Origin: Octopus vulgaris
Lineage: Eukaryota
Length of the DNA stretch: 64,000 bases
Direction of reading: 5' to 3'
NCBI GenBank assembly: GCA_951406725.2
Contig: OX597829.1
Span: 51,088,001-51,152,000, forward strand
Of the stretch, positions 1-12,440 are shown one piece after another (within the stretch, counting starts at the first letter, position 1; each line of letters opens with the position of its first letter). Below the pieces are notes generated by a model that was given only the letters and a program-made list of their open reading frames with translations, was not told the origin of the DNA and ran no database searches. Made by a program: the position numbers and the translations under genes.

Positions 1-521
1 TGTCAGGCAGGTTGACAGCAAAAGGGTTAAACATTGAGGATTTTAGGATAACGGTCATTATTGTTTCATATGGTGTCTTTCACAGCTGCATCTTTACTTT
101 ATGGATCATAACATTCTGGCTGTTTTTATGACGATTCAATAATCTTGAAAGGCAAGTTCTGTTATGATTCAATTATGCTGCACCAACAGAAAGAAATATG
201 ATTTGGTAGCGTCAGCTTAGACTGTTTGGTCATGTTTCTTGATTTTTTTCAAGTTGGATCCTGCTTACCAAAAGTGGTTGGCATTTGGAAGGGCATCCTT
301 CTGTAAAAGCCATGCCAAAACTGACCTTGCTTGTGCTGGTGACACATAAAATGCACTCAGTCCACTCTACTGAATGGTTGGTGTTAGGAAGGGCATCAGT
401 TGTAAAATCCCTGCCAAGACAGACACAGAAGTCTAGTGCAGTCTTCTGCCTGGCCAGCTCCTGTCAAACTGTCCAACCCATGCCAGCATGGAAAGCAGAT
501 GTGAAAAGATGATGATGATGA

Positions 522-559
<38 letters not shown>

Positions 560-1084
560 CTTGCATTTGTGCTTGTCTCTTCCTCCCACCACTTTGGTTT
601 TTATATTTCATATTCTGCAATTTCCTGTTACTCTCTTTCTCTCTCTCTAATTCTTCGTTTCTTATATGTATGTATACATGTTCGTGTTTGTCCCCACCAC
701 TGCTTGACAGCCAGTGTTGCTTTGTTTACATCCTCATGACTTACTGATTCAGCAAAAAGTGACCCAAAATGTATGTACTAAGCACAAATAAATAAATATT
801 GGTGGGTGGGGGTTGATTTGTTTGACTATAACCCTTCGGATATTGCTCCAGCATGGCCACAGTCCAATGACTGAAACAACAGCGAGGTAAGCCATAAAAG
901 AAAGACCACCCACATGCATACACATTCACACCCCACACTCCTTATCTTTTCAACTCTCTTTTGTTTTCCAACTGGGGTGTCCGTGTGTCTACTCCACAGC
1001 AAGACACTTATACGTATGTGTCCCATCTATACCTTGAATCTCTCAACAGGCACAAAGTCACAAGACCTCAATACTAACTCCCCG

Positions 1085-1771
1085 ACCTCCTAGTTGAGGG
1101 GTTTTGTCTTGCAAGGTACTTGGTGATCCTGTCAGTGCTGGTGCCACATAAAAAGCCCTGGTGGTGCCAGTGCCACATAAAAAAGCACTGGTGCTGGTGC
1201 CACATAAAACCATTGGTTGGTGGTGTTGGTGTCACATAAAAAAGCACTGGTGCTGGTGCCACATAAAACCATTGGTTGGTGGTGTTGGTGTCACATAAAA
1301 AAGCACTGGTGTTGGTGTCACAAAAAAGCACTGGTGCCACATAAAAAGCAATGGTACTGGTGCCACATAAAAAGCAATGGTACTGGTGCCACATTAAAAG
1401 TACTGGTATTGGTGCCATGTAAAAAAAAAAAAAAGCTGGTTCCACATAAAAAACTGCTGGTGCCATGTAAAAACACTGGTGGCGCTGGTTCTGCATAAAA
1501 AAAAAAACCACCGGTGCTGGTGCCATGTGAAAAGCACTAGTGCTGGTGTCACGTTAAAAGTACTGATATTGGTGCTGCTGGTGCCATGGAAAAAGCGCCC
1601 ACTACACTCTTTAAAGTGGTTGGGGTTAGGAAGGGCATCCAGCCATAGAAACCATTCCAGAACAAACAATGGAACTTGATGCAACTCCTGGCCTTGCCAG
1701 TTCCTATCAAACTGTCCAACCCATACCAGCATGGAAAACAGACGTTACATCATGTTGATGATGATGATGAT
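1085..1771 (+). mobile_element. RTE-type retroposon 3' end with internal ~20-30 bp minisatellite
   Basis: Many units like CACTGGTGCTGGTGCCACATAAAAAG at ~1135-1600, then TGGTTGGGGTTAGGAAGGGCATCCAGC...AGCATGGAAAACAGACGTTA and a (GAT)n tail; same 3' end as many other copies in the window. Confidence 0.75.
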
Positions 1772-2583
1772 ATACATACTCACATACAAACACTAAATGT
1801 TTTTATAATACTGCTTGTTTTATTTTTTTTTTTTCTTTTGTTATTGGATTAATGTAGAATATCAAACAAAATTAATGGAAAACAAGCGATATGGCATATT
1901 CTGTATATTTGCTGTCGTCTCTCCATTATCAACACCAGAGGAGATCATTTATCGCATTTTCAAATTTGTAATTGATTGCTCTTGTTTTAAATAAATAATA
2001 AGGAAAACAGGAAAAATTATAAACCCTGTTAAAATATTTATATGCCAAAAGATATGCGTATTGCATGGTTTAATAATTCTAAATGTCAAACTTCCCTTTT
2101 GAAATATGTGTGTACGCATGTGTTTGTATATGCGTGTGTGTGTGTATGTGTGCGTTTAAAAATATCGAATTTATTTTGCTAAATATTATTTCAAAGATAA
2201 GTTGTTTTATGTAAAAATACACGTGTGTGTGTGTGTCTGTGTGTGTGTGTGTGTATATATATATGTATATATATTATTACATGTACATATTTGTGTGTGT
2301 GTGTATATGTATAAATTAGGCAAATATATTGATTCTTTGGCAATGTATGGGTACATATGATTAACATATATTTTACAGTCACACACACATATTTATATAT
2401 ACATTGATATACACACTTGCACACACACATATATATGTATATTAGATATGTGTGCATGTAGATAGATAGATAGACAGACAGATATGTTTTAATTAAATAC
2501 TGTTTCAGTTGCATACACTGAATTTTTATTCAGCCCTAGGGGCTTTCCGCAATACCAGTGAATATATTTTTCAGTTTCATATA

Positions 2584-2967
2584 TCATCATCATCATTGTT
2601 CGACCTTGGTCGAGACAATGGAATTTACTATGTTACACCAGACTTCACGGTCCATCATAGCATTACGGAGGTCCTGTTGCTGGATGCCTGTATCCCTGGA
2701 GATTACATCAGGATAGGAGAGTGTGCGCCCTCTGGTATTGCGAGTAGATGGCTTCCAGAGGAGAAGAGTAGAAATTACTTCTTTTTCAGCTCTACAACAA
2801 TGTCCAGCAAACTGGACTCTTCTACCTTTCACAAGAGATGACACAGGTGGTAATTTCCCATATATTTGCATTTTGGTTGGATGGCGCTTCCACGAGAGAT
2901 TTTGAGCGCTCATAAGGAGGCGAGTGTAGGTTCCATCCAACCGCCTCTCAAGCTTCTTTGATAACAA
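2584..2967 (-). pseudogene. 5'-truncated RTE-like LINE, RT C-terminal region
   Basis: ORF ...RRLDGTYTRLL...W...RRVQFAGHCCR...RGRTLSYPDVISRD...AMMDREVW...* followed directly by a (TGA)n tail; resembles RTE-group C-termini. Confidence 0.85.
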
Positions 2968-3278
2968 GTTTCATATATACTGGGGAGAACACATTTCATC
3001 TGGACATGTGATTTGTAAGTATATGTCATTGCTGAGATCAAAAGTGGTTGAAACATATATGGTGTCCTTGAGAGCCCCTGCTGGAACCATGTCTGTCATG
3101 CTCTATTCTGTAACATTTTTTAACACAGCATGTCTATGAATGAATTTTCTCTCAGCAAAAGCCACAGCATCATCCTTTTCAAGGTATATATACATAAAGT
3201 CTGATACACAGATGGCGAATTCAATTTAATGATTTTTCCAATTGCATCCATCAAGTGTGTGTGTGTGTGTGTGCATAT

Positions 3279-3659
3279 AGGTGCAGGCTTGGATGTGTGG
3301 TAAGAAGTGTGCGTTGCGTCCCAACCATGTGGTTCTGGGTTCAGTTCCACTGCATGGTACTTGAGGTGTTTTCTAGTATTGCCCTCAACTGACCAAAGCC
3401 TTGTGGGTGGATTTACTAAACAAAAACTGAAAGAAGCTTGTCATATTTTTTCATTCTTACACTTGTTTCAGTCATTTGACTGCGGCTATGATGGAGCACC
3501 GCCTTTAGTTGAACAAATCGACCCCAGGACTTATTCTTTGCAAGCCTAGTACTTATTCTGTAGGTCTCTTGCCAAACCACTAACTTATGGGGGTGTAAAC
3601 ACACCATCATTGGTTGGCACGCTATGGTGGGGGTACAAACAGAAACACAAATAACAAAT

Positions 3660-3695
<36 letters not shown>

Positions 3696-3845
3696 GACCG
3701 GCTTCTTTCAGTTTCTGTCTACCAAATCCACTCACAAGGCTTTGGTCGGTCCGAGGCTATAGTAGAAGACACTTGCCCAAAGTGCCAAGCACTGGGACTG
3801 AACTTGGAACCATGTAGTTTGTAAGCAAGCTACTTACCACAAAGC
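3279..3845. mobile_element. Two tRNA/CORE-like SINE copies in opposite orientation (+ 5' half, then - near-full copy)
   Basis: Head GGTGCAGGC..TGTGTGGTAAGAAG..GGGTTCAGTTCC on +; CTTGTTTCAGTCATTTGACTGCGG...CTACTTACCAC on -. Confidence 0.8.
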
Positions 3846-3967
3846 CCGAAATTTTTGAGGAGAAGCCAGTTGGTTAGATCGACTCTAGTATGCAACTGGT
3901 ACTTAATTTATCAACTCCAAAAGGATGAAAGGCAAAGTCAACCTTGGTGGAATTTAATACAAAGAAT

Positions 3968-4193
3968 AACCCTTTCGTTACTGTATTTAGTTTGAGATGT
4001 TCTGTGTTTCTCTCAATTGTTTTAAATATAACAAAGAATTTAGTAAAATGACTTTGTTATCATGGGAAGTTAGTGTTAGGAACATAAACTGTGACTAAGG
4101 TTTGTTGGAAAATTTTAATTCAGAACTTTTGAAAACAAAACATTTGTACTACAGAATCAGTGCCAGTTTTAGCCAGGTTGGTAACAAAAGGGT
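3968..4193. mobile_element. piggyBac-like MITE monomer
   Basis: (T)AA-CCCTTTCGTTAC...GTAACAAAAGGG termini; same body as the arrays at 17.5, 22.7 and 42.9 kb. Confidence 0.75.
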
Positions 4194-4211
4194 ACAAAAG
4201 AACTATATATA

Positions 4212-4597
4212 TCTATATATATAAAAGTGAAGTTGTGTGTCTGTCTCCTACGATTTAGATTCCTATCTACTCCCACATTTTGCGGTGCAGTTTAACCAAA
4301 ACCGGGTATCTTATAGTCGTGATTCATATCGAGACCGTCTGGGTATTAGCGCGCGTCTACGATTTTAAAAATAATTTGCCATTATTTTTTTCCATTTTAA
4401 TGCATTTTTTCGCTATAAAATAAGGGAAGTAACTCTCTAAAAATGTCTACGATGAGTCAGCAATTTAAAAAAAAATTTACCATCACTTTTTTTCCATTTT
4501 TAATGCATTTTTTTGCTATTTTTGGCTATAACTCTCTAAAAATGCTTATATAGTTATTTCCCTTACAAACCTGAGCAACGCCGGGCGATACTGCTAG
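4212..4597 (+). mobile_element. Non-autonomous Helitron
   Basis: A|TC start, subterminal GC-rich hairpin CCTGAGCAACGCCGGG, CTAG|T end; close second copy at 44528-44900. Confidence 0.85.
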
Positions 4598-4949
4598 TTT
4601 ACGTATAAAAAGCTTACACAAAATAGAAATGACAGAAATACTTTTCTGTGTAAGATCTTTTTATATATACTTTTATATATATATATATTTCTTTTGTATT
4701 TAATATTTTTTGTATACTTGCATATACATACATTTACTCCTCTACCCACTCCAGTTTAAAGCTCTTGAGCACTGTTAGATGCATTCTATATGGGGAATAT
4801 CGGATTCTCCTCTATGAACTATATATATATATATATATGGACTACCTCAGTCCATCTAAATGTATATATTTGTCGTTACCTGTCATAAAAAGCCTTTTTT
4901 TTATTTGCAATGTGCATTTTCGTTGATTTTTCATATTTTACCCTTACAT

Positions 4950-5330
4950 CGAAATCGGAATCGAAATTGAACCAATCCTATGACTGGCACCCGGCAGATG
5001 CCAGGACCCCTGGACTGGTACGTAAAAAGCACTATCCGAATCGTGGCCGAAGCCAGCGCCGCCTCGACTGGCTTCCGTGCCGGTGGCACGTAAAATGCAC
5101 CAATCCGACCGTGGCCGTTGCCAGCCTCGCCTGGCACCTGTGCGGGTGGCACGTAAAGAGCACCCACTACACTCACAGAGTGGTTGGCGTTAGGAAGGGC
5201 ATCCAGCTGTAGAAACACTGCCAGATCAGACTGAGCCTGGTGCAGCCTTCTGGCTTCCCAGATCCCCGGTCGAACCGTCCAACCCATGCCAGCATGGAGA
5301 ACGGACGTTAAACAATGATGATGATGATGA
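4950..5330 (+). mobile_element. RTE-type retroposon 3' end with ~58-bp internal repeats
   Basis: GGCACGTAAAAAGCAC-type units, conserved CCCACTACACTC..GGAAGGGCATCCAGC core, (GAT)n tail. Confidence 0.8.
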
Positions 5331-5390
5331 TTTCCATGTGTATTTTATATTTTCTTTTTGTAACATATTTCTATTATATATATATATATA

Positions 5391-5780
5391 GGCATTGGAG
5401 TGGCTGTGTGGTAAGTAGCTTGCTTACAAACGACATGGTTTCGGGTTCAGTCCCACTGCATGGCACCTTGGGCAAGTGTCTTCTACTATAGCATTGGGCC
5501 AAACAAAGCCTTGTGAGTGGATTTGGTAGACGGAAGCTGAAAGAAGCCCATCGTATATATATGTGTGTGTGTGTATGTTTGTTCCCCCCCACCACCAACA
5601 TCGATTGACAACCGATGGTGGTGTGTTTACGCTCCTGTATCTTAGTGGTTCGGCAAAAGAGACTGATAGAATAAGCACTAGGCTTACAAAGAATAATTCC
5701 TGCAGTCGATTTGCTTGACTTAAGGGTGGTCTCCATCATGGCCACAGACAGATGACTGAAACATGTAAAAGAGTAAAAAC
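5391..5780 (+). mobile_element. tRNA-derived CORE-like SINE, full length
   Basis: A-box-like GTGGCTGTGTGG, B-box-like GGTTCAGTCCC, CORE-like GGCACCTTGGGCAAGTGTCTT, (TA/TG)n spacer, tail CATGGCCACAG..TGACTGAAAC. Confidence 0.85.
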
Positions 5781-5837
5781 AGTAATATATATATATATAT
5801 ATATATAGATATATATACATTCATACATACATATGTA

Positions 5838-6010
5838 GGGTTGGTGCATAATTATTGCGACTTTTTTTCAACTAATTTTATTCAACGAAAACAATAACAA
5901 CATGTAACAAAGACATCTTTAAATGATTATTCCGGAGCATATTCACCATCCACTTCAATTACTGCTTCCCATTTGCTTGGCAGACGATCAGACCATCATT
6001 TGGAGATGAC
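5838..6010 (-). mobile_element. mariner transposon 3' end fragment
   Basis: TA+GGGTTGGTGCATAA TIR; minus strand encodes DRLPSKWEAVIEVDGEYAPE*, matching the mariner C-terminal pattern LxxxWxxxIxxxGxY. Confidence 0.8.
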
Positions 6011-6087
6011 TTTGTTAAATATTACTATTGTTTTTGTCGAATAAAATTTTTTGAAAAAAACCCACAATAATTATGCACCAACACAAA

Positions 6088-6143
<56 letters not shown>

Positions 6144-6354
6144 AGAAAGAGAGATTAAATCTGCTATTGTTCCTGGAAGTTGCTTTTTTATATGTTCTAT
6201 GGGCTGCTTGAAGCTTACTAACTTCCTACACCTGACTCCTTGGTTCTTACTTTTACATATCATTATACATACATATATATATATATATATTCGCCATGAT
6301 AGATCGCTAGCCATTACACATTCTTTATTTTCTCTCCTTGTTTCTTTCTCTGTT

Positions 6355-6392
6355 CCTTTCTGTGGAAGAGCGTAGGCTCGAAACATTAAATA
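6355..6392 (+). ncRNA. Minimal type-I hammerhead-like motif (U6 variant), degenerate copy
   Basis: TTT-CTGTGGA-A-GAGC gtag GCTC-GAAACATT-AAA within a ~190-bp repeat flanked by (TA)n. Confidence 0.5.
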
Positions 6393-6496
6393 CTTTTTCA
6401 CTTCCCAAGCATCAAACTAATACATCTGTTTGTTGTCTACACCACCTGTCTTCGTCTTTTGATTTTTTTTCGTGAATTCTCCCTATATATATATAT

Positions 6497-6795
6497 TGGG
6501 CAAGGACGATGTACTGTAATAGCTTGGGTTTTAAGGGCCCACAACTATTTAACTCTCTGCCGAAGTATCTGAGGAGCCTCCATGGAGTGAATGTAGACGT
6601 TTTCAAATGTGAACTTGACCTCTGGCTTGCCAAGATCCTGGATGAGCCAATATCTAAGCAAGAAACTCAAAAGAGGTCAGTAACATTGAATTCCATCCTT
6701 TACCAAAAAGCCACTCCAACAAAGGTAGAAAGATGATCGCAATGGCAGTGCTCCAGCATGGCCACAGTCAATTGGACTGAAACATATAAAAGAAT
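6497..6795 (+). pseudogene. CR1-like LINE 3' end
   Basis: YCNSLGFKGPQLFNSLPKYLRSLHGVNVDVFKCELDLWL (xNxLP...FKxxLD C-terminal motif), followed by the same tail as the dominant SINE. Confidence 0.75.
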
Positions 6796-7056
6796 ATACA
6801 TATATACATACACACTCACACACACAAACACACACACACAGGTGATGTTAAATAGGAAACTTTAAAATGTAGTATTCAAACCCTGTTTTGGGTATATCCC
6901 TCCTTTGTAGTGTACCTTGAGGGCATGTTCACCACTTACAGCTACCAGGCATCATACACGGTACTGCACTTTAGTCACAGTATCATGTATGACGTCCAGT
7001 ACCTGTATGTGTGTGTTTGTATTTTTTTTCTCTTCTCTCCTTGTTTTTTCTGTGTC

Positions 7057-7094
7057 CCTCTCTGTAGAAGAGCGTAGGCTCGAAACGTAAAAGA
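7057..7094 (+). ncRNA. Minimal type-I hammerhead-like motif (U6 variant)
   Basis: CTCT-CTGTAGA-A-GAGC gtag GCTC-GAA-ACGT-A-AAAG; palindromic ACGT stem III. Confidence 0.6.
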
Positions 7095-7184
7095 CTTTTT
7101 CTATTCCTGAGCGCTATACTAATACATCTGTTTGTTTGTGCACCACCTGCCTTCGTCTTTTGTTTATTTTCGTAAACTTTCCCT

Positions 7185-7217
<33 letters not shown>

Positions 7218-7890
7218 GAGGCACACCTCAACTTATATTGGTTATAGGTTCAAAGATAGGCAACTGAATTTGGACAAAACCATAGCCTAACATGAAAGAC
7301 AGTTTTAAAATCTTTATTAGCTTATATTTGTTTTAATGAAATGGTTTGTGCATATTTTCACAAGTATTTTATTTGATTTAATTTGATTTACTGCTTTACT
7401 ATTGGTTTTTAAGTGGGGTTTTTGTTTTGTTTTGTTTTGTTTTGCTTAATATCTAATTTTTTTCTTAAAATAACTTTGCTGTGAGCAACATAAAATTAGA
7501 TAAATCAATCAAAGTTGAGGTTTATTTCTTCAAAAGAAAAAGCAACATAAAGTTGAAAAAAAAAAGTGTAGCCCAAAATGGCGTATGGTGAGGTATATCT
7601 GTGTACATATGTGTGTATATGTATGTGTATACGTGTATGGATATATGTGTATGTGTGTATGGATATATATGTGTTTATGGATATATGTGTACATGTGCAT
7701 ATGAATGTATATATGTGTATGTATGTTTATGTGTATACATTCATTATAAATATGTGTATGAATGAATACATCTGGTTCACAAGACAGAAGGTTTGTGTTT
7801 ATTAATTGTAAACATATTCCTACACATTATAATCAACAGCTTGTCAGAATGCATTAATAAACTTAGCAGAAGTTACTAAACAAAATTTGT

Positions 7891-7924
<34 letters not shown>

Positions 7925-7925
<1 letters not shown>

Positions 7926-8138
7926 CCTTTCTACTATAGGCACAAGGCCTGAAATTTAGTGGGGGGGGGGACCAGTCTATTACATTGACCCCCGTGTTTC
8001 ACTGCTACTTATTTTATCAACTCCAAAAGGATGAAAGATAAAGGTTGACCTGAGCAGAATTTGAACTTAGAACATAAAGACAGACAAATGCTGGTGGGCA
8101 TTTTGCCCAACCTGCTAACAATTCTGCCAAGTTTGCCA
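7925..8138 (-). mobile_element. tRNA-derived Meta-domain-like SINE
   Basis: Reverse complement contains GTTCAAATTC and CTTTCATCCTTTTGGAGTTGATAAAATAAG; tail CAGGCCTTGTGCCTATAGTAGAAAGG(ATT)n. Confidence 0.7.
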
Positions 8139-8163
8139 TAATAATAATAATAACAATATCATC

Positions 8164-8370
8164 ATGAAAGAAAGAGAAAAGGTTGATAAATATGAAAACC
8201 TGAGAATTGAGATTGCTAAGATGTGGCAGCCATGAGAGTCAGACATAAAGGTTATTCCTATTGTCATCAGAGCATTGGGTTCAATCTCAAAAAAACATCT
8301 GAAAATTTTAGAAATACCCTACAATCTAGGTGTATTACAAAAGTCGGCATTACTTGGAACTGCACACATC
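8164..8370 (+). pseudogene. R4/Dong-clade non-LTR retrotransposon C-terminal (RLE region) fragment
   Basis: KEREKVDKYENLRIEIAKMW..*..KVIPIVIRALGSI...LQKSALLGTAHI; sits next to an (ATA)n tract, consistent with Dong-type targets. Confidence 0.85.
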
Positions 8371-8459
8371 TCTATATATATAAACGGCAAAATGTCTGTG
8401 TGTGAGTGTGTCCTTCATACAAATCCACAATTTTTCAGTTAGAGGGCTCGCAATTTCTC

Positions 8460-8728
8460 GCCCCGACTGGCTTCTGTGCAGGTGGCACATAAAAAGCACC
8501 AACCGACCGTGGCCGATGCCAGACCCCTCTGGCACCTGTGCAGGTGGCACGTAAAAAGCACCCACTACACTCGCGGAGTGGTTGGCGTTAGGAAGGGCAT
8601 CCAGCTGTAGAAACACTGCCAGACCAGACTGGAGCCTGGGGCAGCCCTGGCTCCCCAGACCCCAGTCGAAACCGTCCAACCCATGCTAGCGCGGAAAACG
8701 GACGTTAAACGATGATGATGATGATGAT
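8460..8728 (+). mobile_element. RTE-type retroposon 3' end, preceded by a Helitron-like 5' stub (~8369-8460)
   Basis: Family core and (GAT)n tail; upstream TCTATATATATAAA...GTCTGTGTGTG resembles the Helitron 5' end at 4212. Confidence 0.7.
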
Positions 8729-9124
8729 TCAAAACTGTCCAAGGGTGGTCATGCACATCTTTACATTTCCCCAGTCAACCCGCAAAGCCATTAAAAAATC
8801 AATAGAAGTGACTTTTTTCTGAATTTTCTATCCAAAATGCCCGAAACTTGATATGCCAATTAAATGCCAGCTAGCTGTATGTAATTGGTCGGAGATTTGG
8901 ACAGTACTCGTGTGTATGTGTGCACGCACGCAGCTGTATATGCATGCACTAGCACTCTGACCCAGCAACACCAGGTCATAGTGCTAGTATTGGATAAAGT
9001 ACTGTCTGAGGTCCTTGTTGTGACTTGACAAACAGTACAAACCCCTGGTAGACACAATATCTTCAATCAAGAACCTCACAATATTGTATACTGTCTGACA
9101 TCTATAATAATAATAATAGTAATA

Positions 9125-9530
9125 GTTTATTCTTTTATTAGCCACAAGGGCTCACATACAAAACATTAAATAACATACAACATAAAAGACAAAAACAGGA
9201 TGATACAATGGGTTTTCGCATGCATACAATGTAATAACAATAAAAATTGAAATTAAAACTCCCAGTAGGGAAGGTGCTTTAATGTCCATGGAAAAACCCA
9301 TAAAAACCATAGGTGCCTGAACAATGGGGCAAGAGCCCTTCTCCTTTGATTTCACTTTTACAGGTGCACACTCAGAATTGGTCCTTTCACACTGGCCATT
9401 CTTCCAACATTCACCTATCTTTCAACAAACTTGCTACAAGGCAACACTTCTCTCTCTGCCTACAACTTCCTATTCAAGTGAAATTTGAAAAAGTTAATGA
9501 GGGCCTGGCCAAAGAGGAAATTTAGTGAGA
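9125..9530 (-). pseudogene. Tx1/L1-like LINE ORF2 C-terminus and 3' UTR
   Basis: Minus strand reads LFGQALINFFKFHLNRKL*AEREVLPCSKFVER*VNV..., then a T-rich UTR ending GAGCCCTTGTGGCTAATAAAAGAAT. Confidence 0.55.
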
Positions 9531-10172
9531 GGGGGCTGGTCGATAACATTAACCCCAATGCTCAGTGCTCGGCTAGTAATTATTTCATTGACTCCAAACA
9601 GGTGAAAGACAAAGTTTACTTCAGCAGAATTTGAACTCAGAACTTAAAGTCCGATGAAGCGATGCCAAGCATTTTGTCCAATATGCAAATGATTCTGCTG
9701 ATTCACTGACTTAATAATGGTTTCAAATTTTGGCACAAGGCCAGCAATTTCAGGAAATTGGGTAAGTTGATTACATCAACCCCCTGCATTTAACTGATAC
9801 TTATTTTATCAATCACGAAAGGCAAAGTCAACCTCATCAGAATTTTGAACTCAGACCATAAAGATGGATAAAATGCTGCTTAACGTTTTACCTGGTGTGC
9901 TAATGGTTCTGCCAGCTCATAACCAGAAGAATGATGATGATGATAATGATAATAATAATCCTTTCTACAAAAGGCACAAGGCCTGGAATTTGTGGGGAGG
10001 GGATTAGTCATTTACATCAACCCAAATGTTTCACTGGTAATTAATTTAACAACCCTGAAAGGATGAAAGCAAAGTCGACCTCAGCAGGATTTGAACTCAG
10101 AATGTAGTGACAAGCAAAATACTGCTAAGCATTTCATTCAGTATGCTAATGATTCTGCCAGCTCACCACCTT
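9531..10172 (-). mobile_element. Three head-to-tail Meta-domain-like SINEs
   Basis: Three repeats of AAAGTC(A/G)ACCTC..CAG(A/G)ATTTGAACTCAGA...AAGCATTT...GATTCTGC with (ATA)n between them. Confidence 0.75.
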
Positions 10173-10315
10173 AATAATAGTAATAATAATAATAATAAGG
10201 CACACACCAGAAAAAAATGACTAAGCCACTGTGTGTATGAATGCAAACAAATGGAGTGAACAAGGCTTGTCAACCAAATAGTATGGTGTCAGAACTCAAA
10301 GCACTTCATTTTTGA

Positions 10316-10374
10316 AGCTCTGATGAAGCATTCAATGAGTGCATTGTATCTTCTAGCAGAAACAGCTGTAAGCT
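10316..10374 (+). ncRNA. Type-I hammerhead-like motif, canonical core (Penelope-like pLTR)
   Basis: AGCT-CTGATGA-AGC..GCA-GAA-ACAGCTGT-A-AGCT; 4-bp stem I, palindromic stem III, GUA site. Confidence 0.7.
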
Positions 10375-11266
10375 AATGAAGTTGATTGCATAATTTCTTA
10401 TTGTCTTGACATCTATTTAATTTCTTATATGTATATACATGTATACATATGTCTGTGTGTGTGTGTGTGTGTGCATGTATATTTGGTCAATTAAACTAAT
10501 GCCCCCACGTCTTGGCTACTACTTTGTCTTATTGAGTTCAGAGGAATTAAAGCCAAAGTTTACCTTGTTAGAGTTTAAACTCAGAATGTAAAGTGCCAGT
10601 GGTACTGCAAAGCATTTTCCTAGGATTTTGGAATCATTCTGTTTTTGTTTTTTTGTTTTTTTTTCTTCTAACATGGGTATAGGGTTTGAAATTAGTGTGT
10701 ATGAGATCATTATTAAGGTTAGTCAGTTATACATCCAAACTCCAGCAGTTGATTTGGGAGAAAAAGAAACAGGAAGAAAAGGTGTGGTGGTGGTGGCGGC
10801 AATGGCAGGTTGCAAGATGATTTGAAATTTGAAGGCATCAGTGTCAAGTCTTTCCTGTGTGCTTGGGATTTTTGTTGTTGTTGTTGTTGTTTTTTGTTGC
10901 TGTTTTCTTTTTCTGTTCTTGCAAACACTGACAACATCTGATGATATTTATTTTGATCGCTTATAAATATTTGTGAAATCTTACATAAAATAGAACAGAT
11001 GCTCAAAGAATTTTTTTTAAAAAACCAACAAATAAACAAAAATAAATATATAAGCTAATGTAACATTTTCTTTCTCTTCCTTTTTTTTAAAAATTTTTAT
11101 GTTGTTTTTTTTTTGTTTTACTAAATGAAATTATCCTGATTAATCAAATTTCAAAACTTATTCAAGCATCCATTAAGATGTGAATTTGTTATGAATATAA
11201 CATTTCTACTTAACAAAGGAAATATAATAATATTAATAATAATAATAATAATGGTGATATTAGTAA

Positions 11267-11300
<34 letters not shown>

Positions 11301-11668
11301 CATAGTAAGATTAAATAAAAACGACAACACAAAAACAGATCATAATACATACCCAAGGCATACAGAGATGTGTTTGGTAGTGCACTGAAAGCACGCAATA
11401 TAAATAAGACAATTGAATAATAATAATTATAACGACCACAATAATAATTATAATGACGATGATGATGATTAATGTTGTGGCAAGTGTATAAAAGAGCATA
11501 CAAATCCAACTGGTGCTTTGTTTCGTTTTTATCGTACTTATCACAAATCAGTAGAGAAAAATATTTTGTAATGGAATTTGTGGAGAAAGATATCCAACAA
11601 TACAAAGTTAAATCTGTCTTCGAATCATGCACAGACGTGTTTGACTCACTCACCATGCATGAGTGGTT

Positions 11669-11708
<40 letters not shown>

Positions 11709-12174
11709 GATATGATATAAATTAATGAAATTAACCATTTTTTAAAGTAGATTTTCCTATTGATTACACTATTTACAAGCAGAAATCACTGTTGCTACTT
11801 ATATCCACGTTGTATGCGTTAAATCAACTCAATTATCATTGTTAATTCCAGTCTTGGAATGAATACCTGGAGAAAATCTAAGGAACATTGCTACATCATC
11901 TCTTCTTTGATGACCTACTTGACCAGTTCCGTACTTTAACCCTTCAGCATTCAGATTATTCTGTAAAATGTAGTTTCTTATCTATTCTTCTATTCATTCT
12001 GGTCAACCCCAGGACTTACTCTTTGTAAGCCTATTACTCATTCTATCGGTCTCTTTCGCCAAATCATTGAGTTTCACCAAATCATTATGGGGACATAAAC
12101 ACACCAACAGCAGTTGTCCAGCAATGGTGGGGGAACAAAGACATACACACACACATACATACATACATATATAC

Positions 12175-12390
12175 ATAAATGTTCTAAGATCTTCACAGCC
12201 TTGGTTTTTTTTATCTCATTCTAAAAAAAATTTTTATATATACACATGCTAATATATGACCTACATTGGACGCCTTATTTGCGTAATCACCGAACCTGGA
12301 GCTTAACTATGGTCTATCCAAAGCACTTACTCAGCATTACCTGACACCTTTGGGTCTTATGAGTCTTACTGACACCATTACCTCTCATAA

Positions 12391-12440
<50 letters not shown>

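Noticed and set aside
1135-1600. Repeat array that superficially resembles CRISPR
   Set aside because: No unique spacers, no cas genes, eukaryotic context; it is a minisatellite inside a retroposon 3' end
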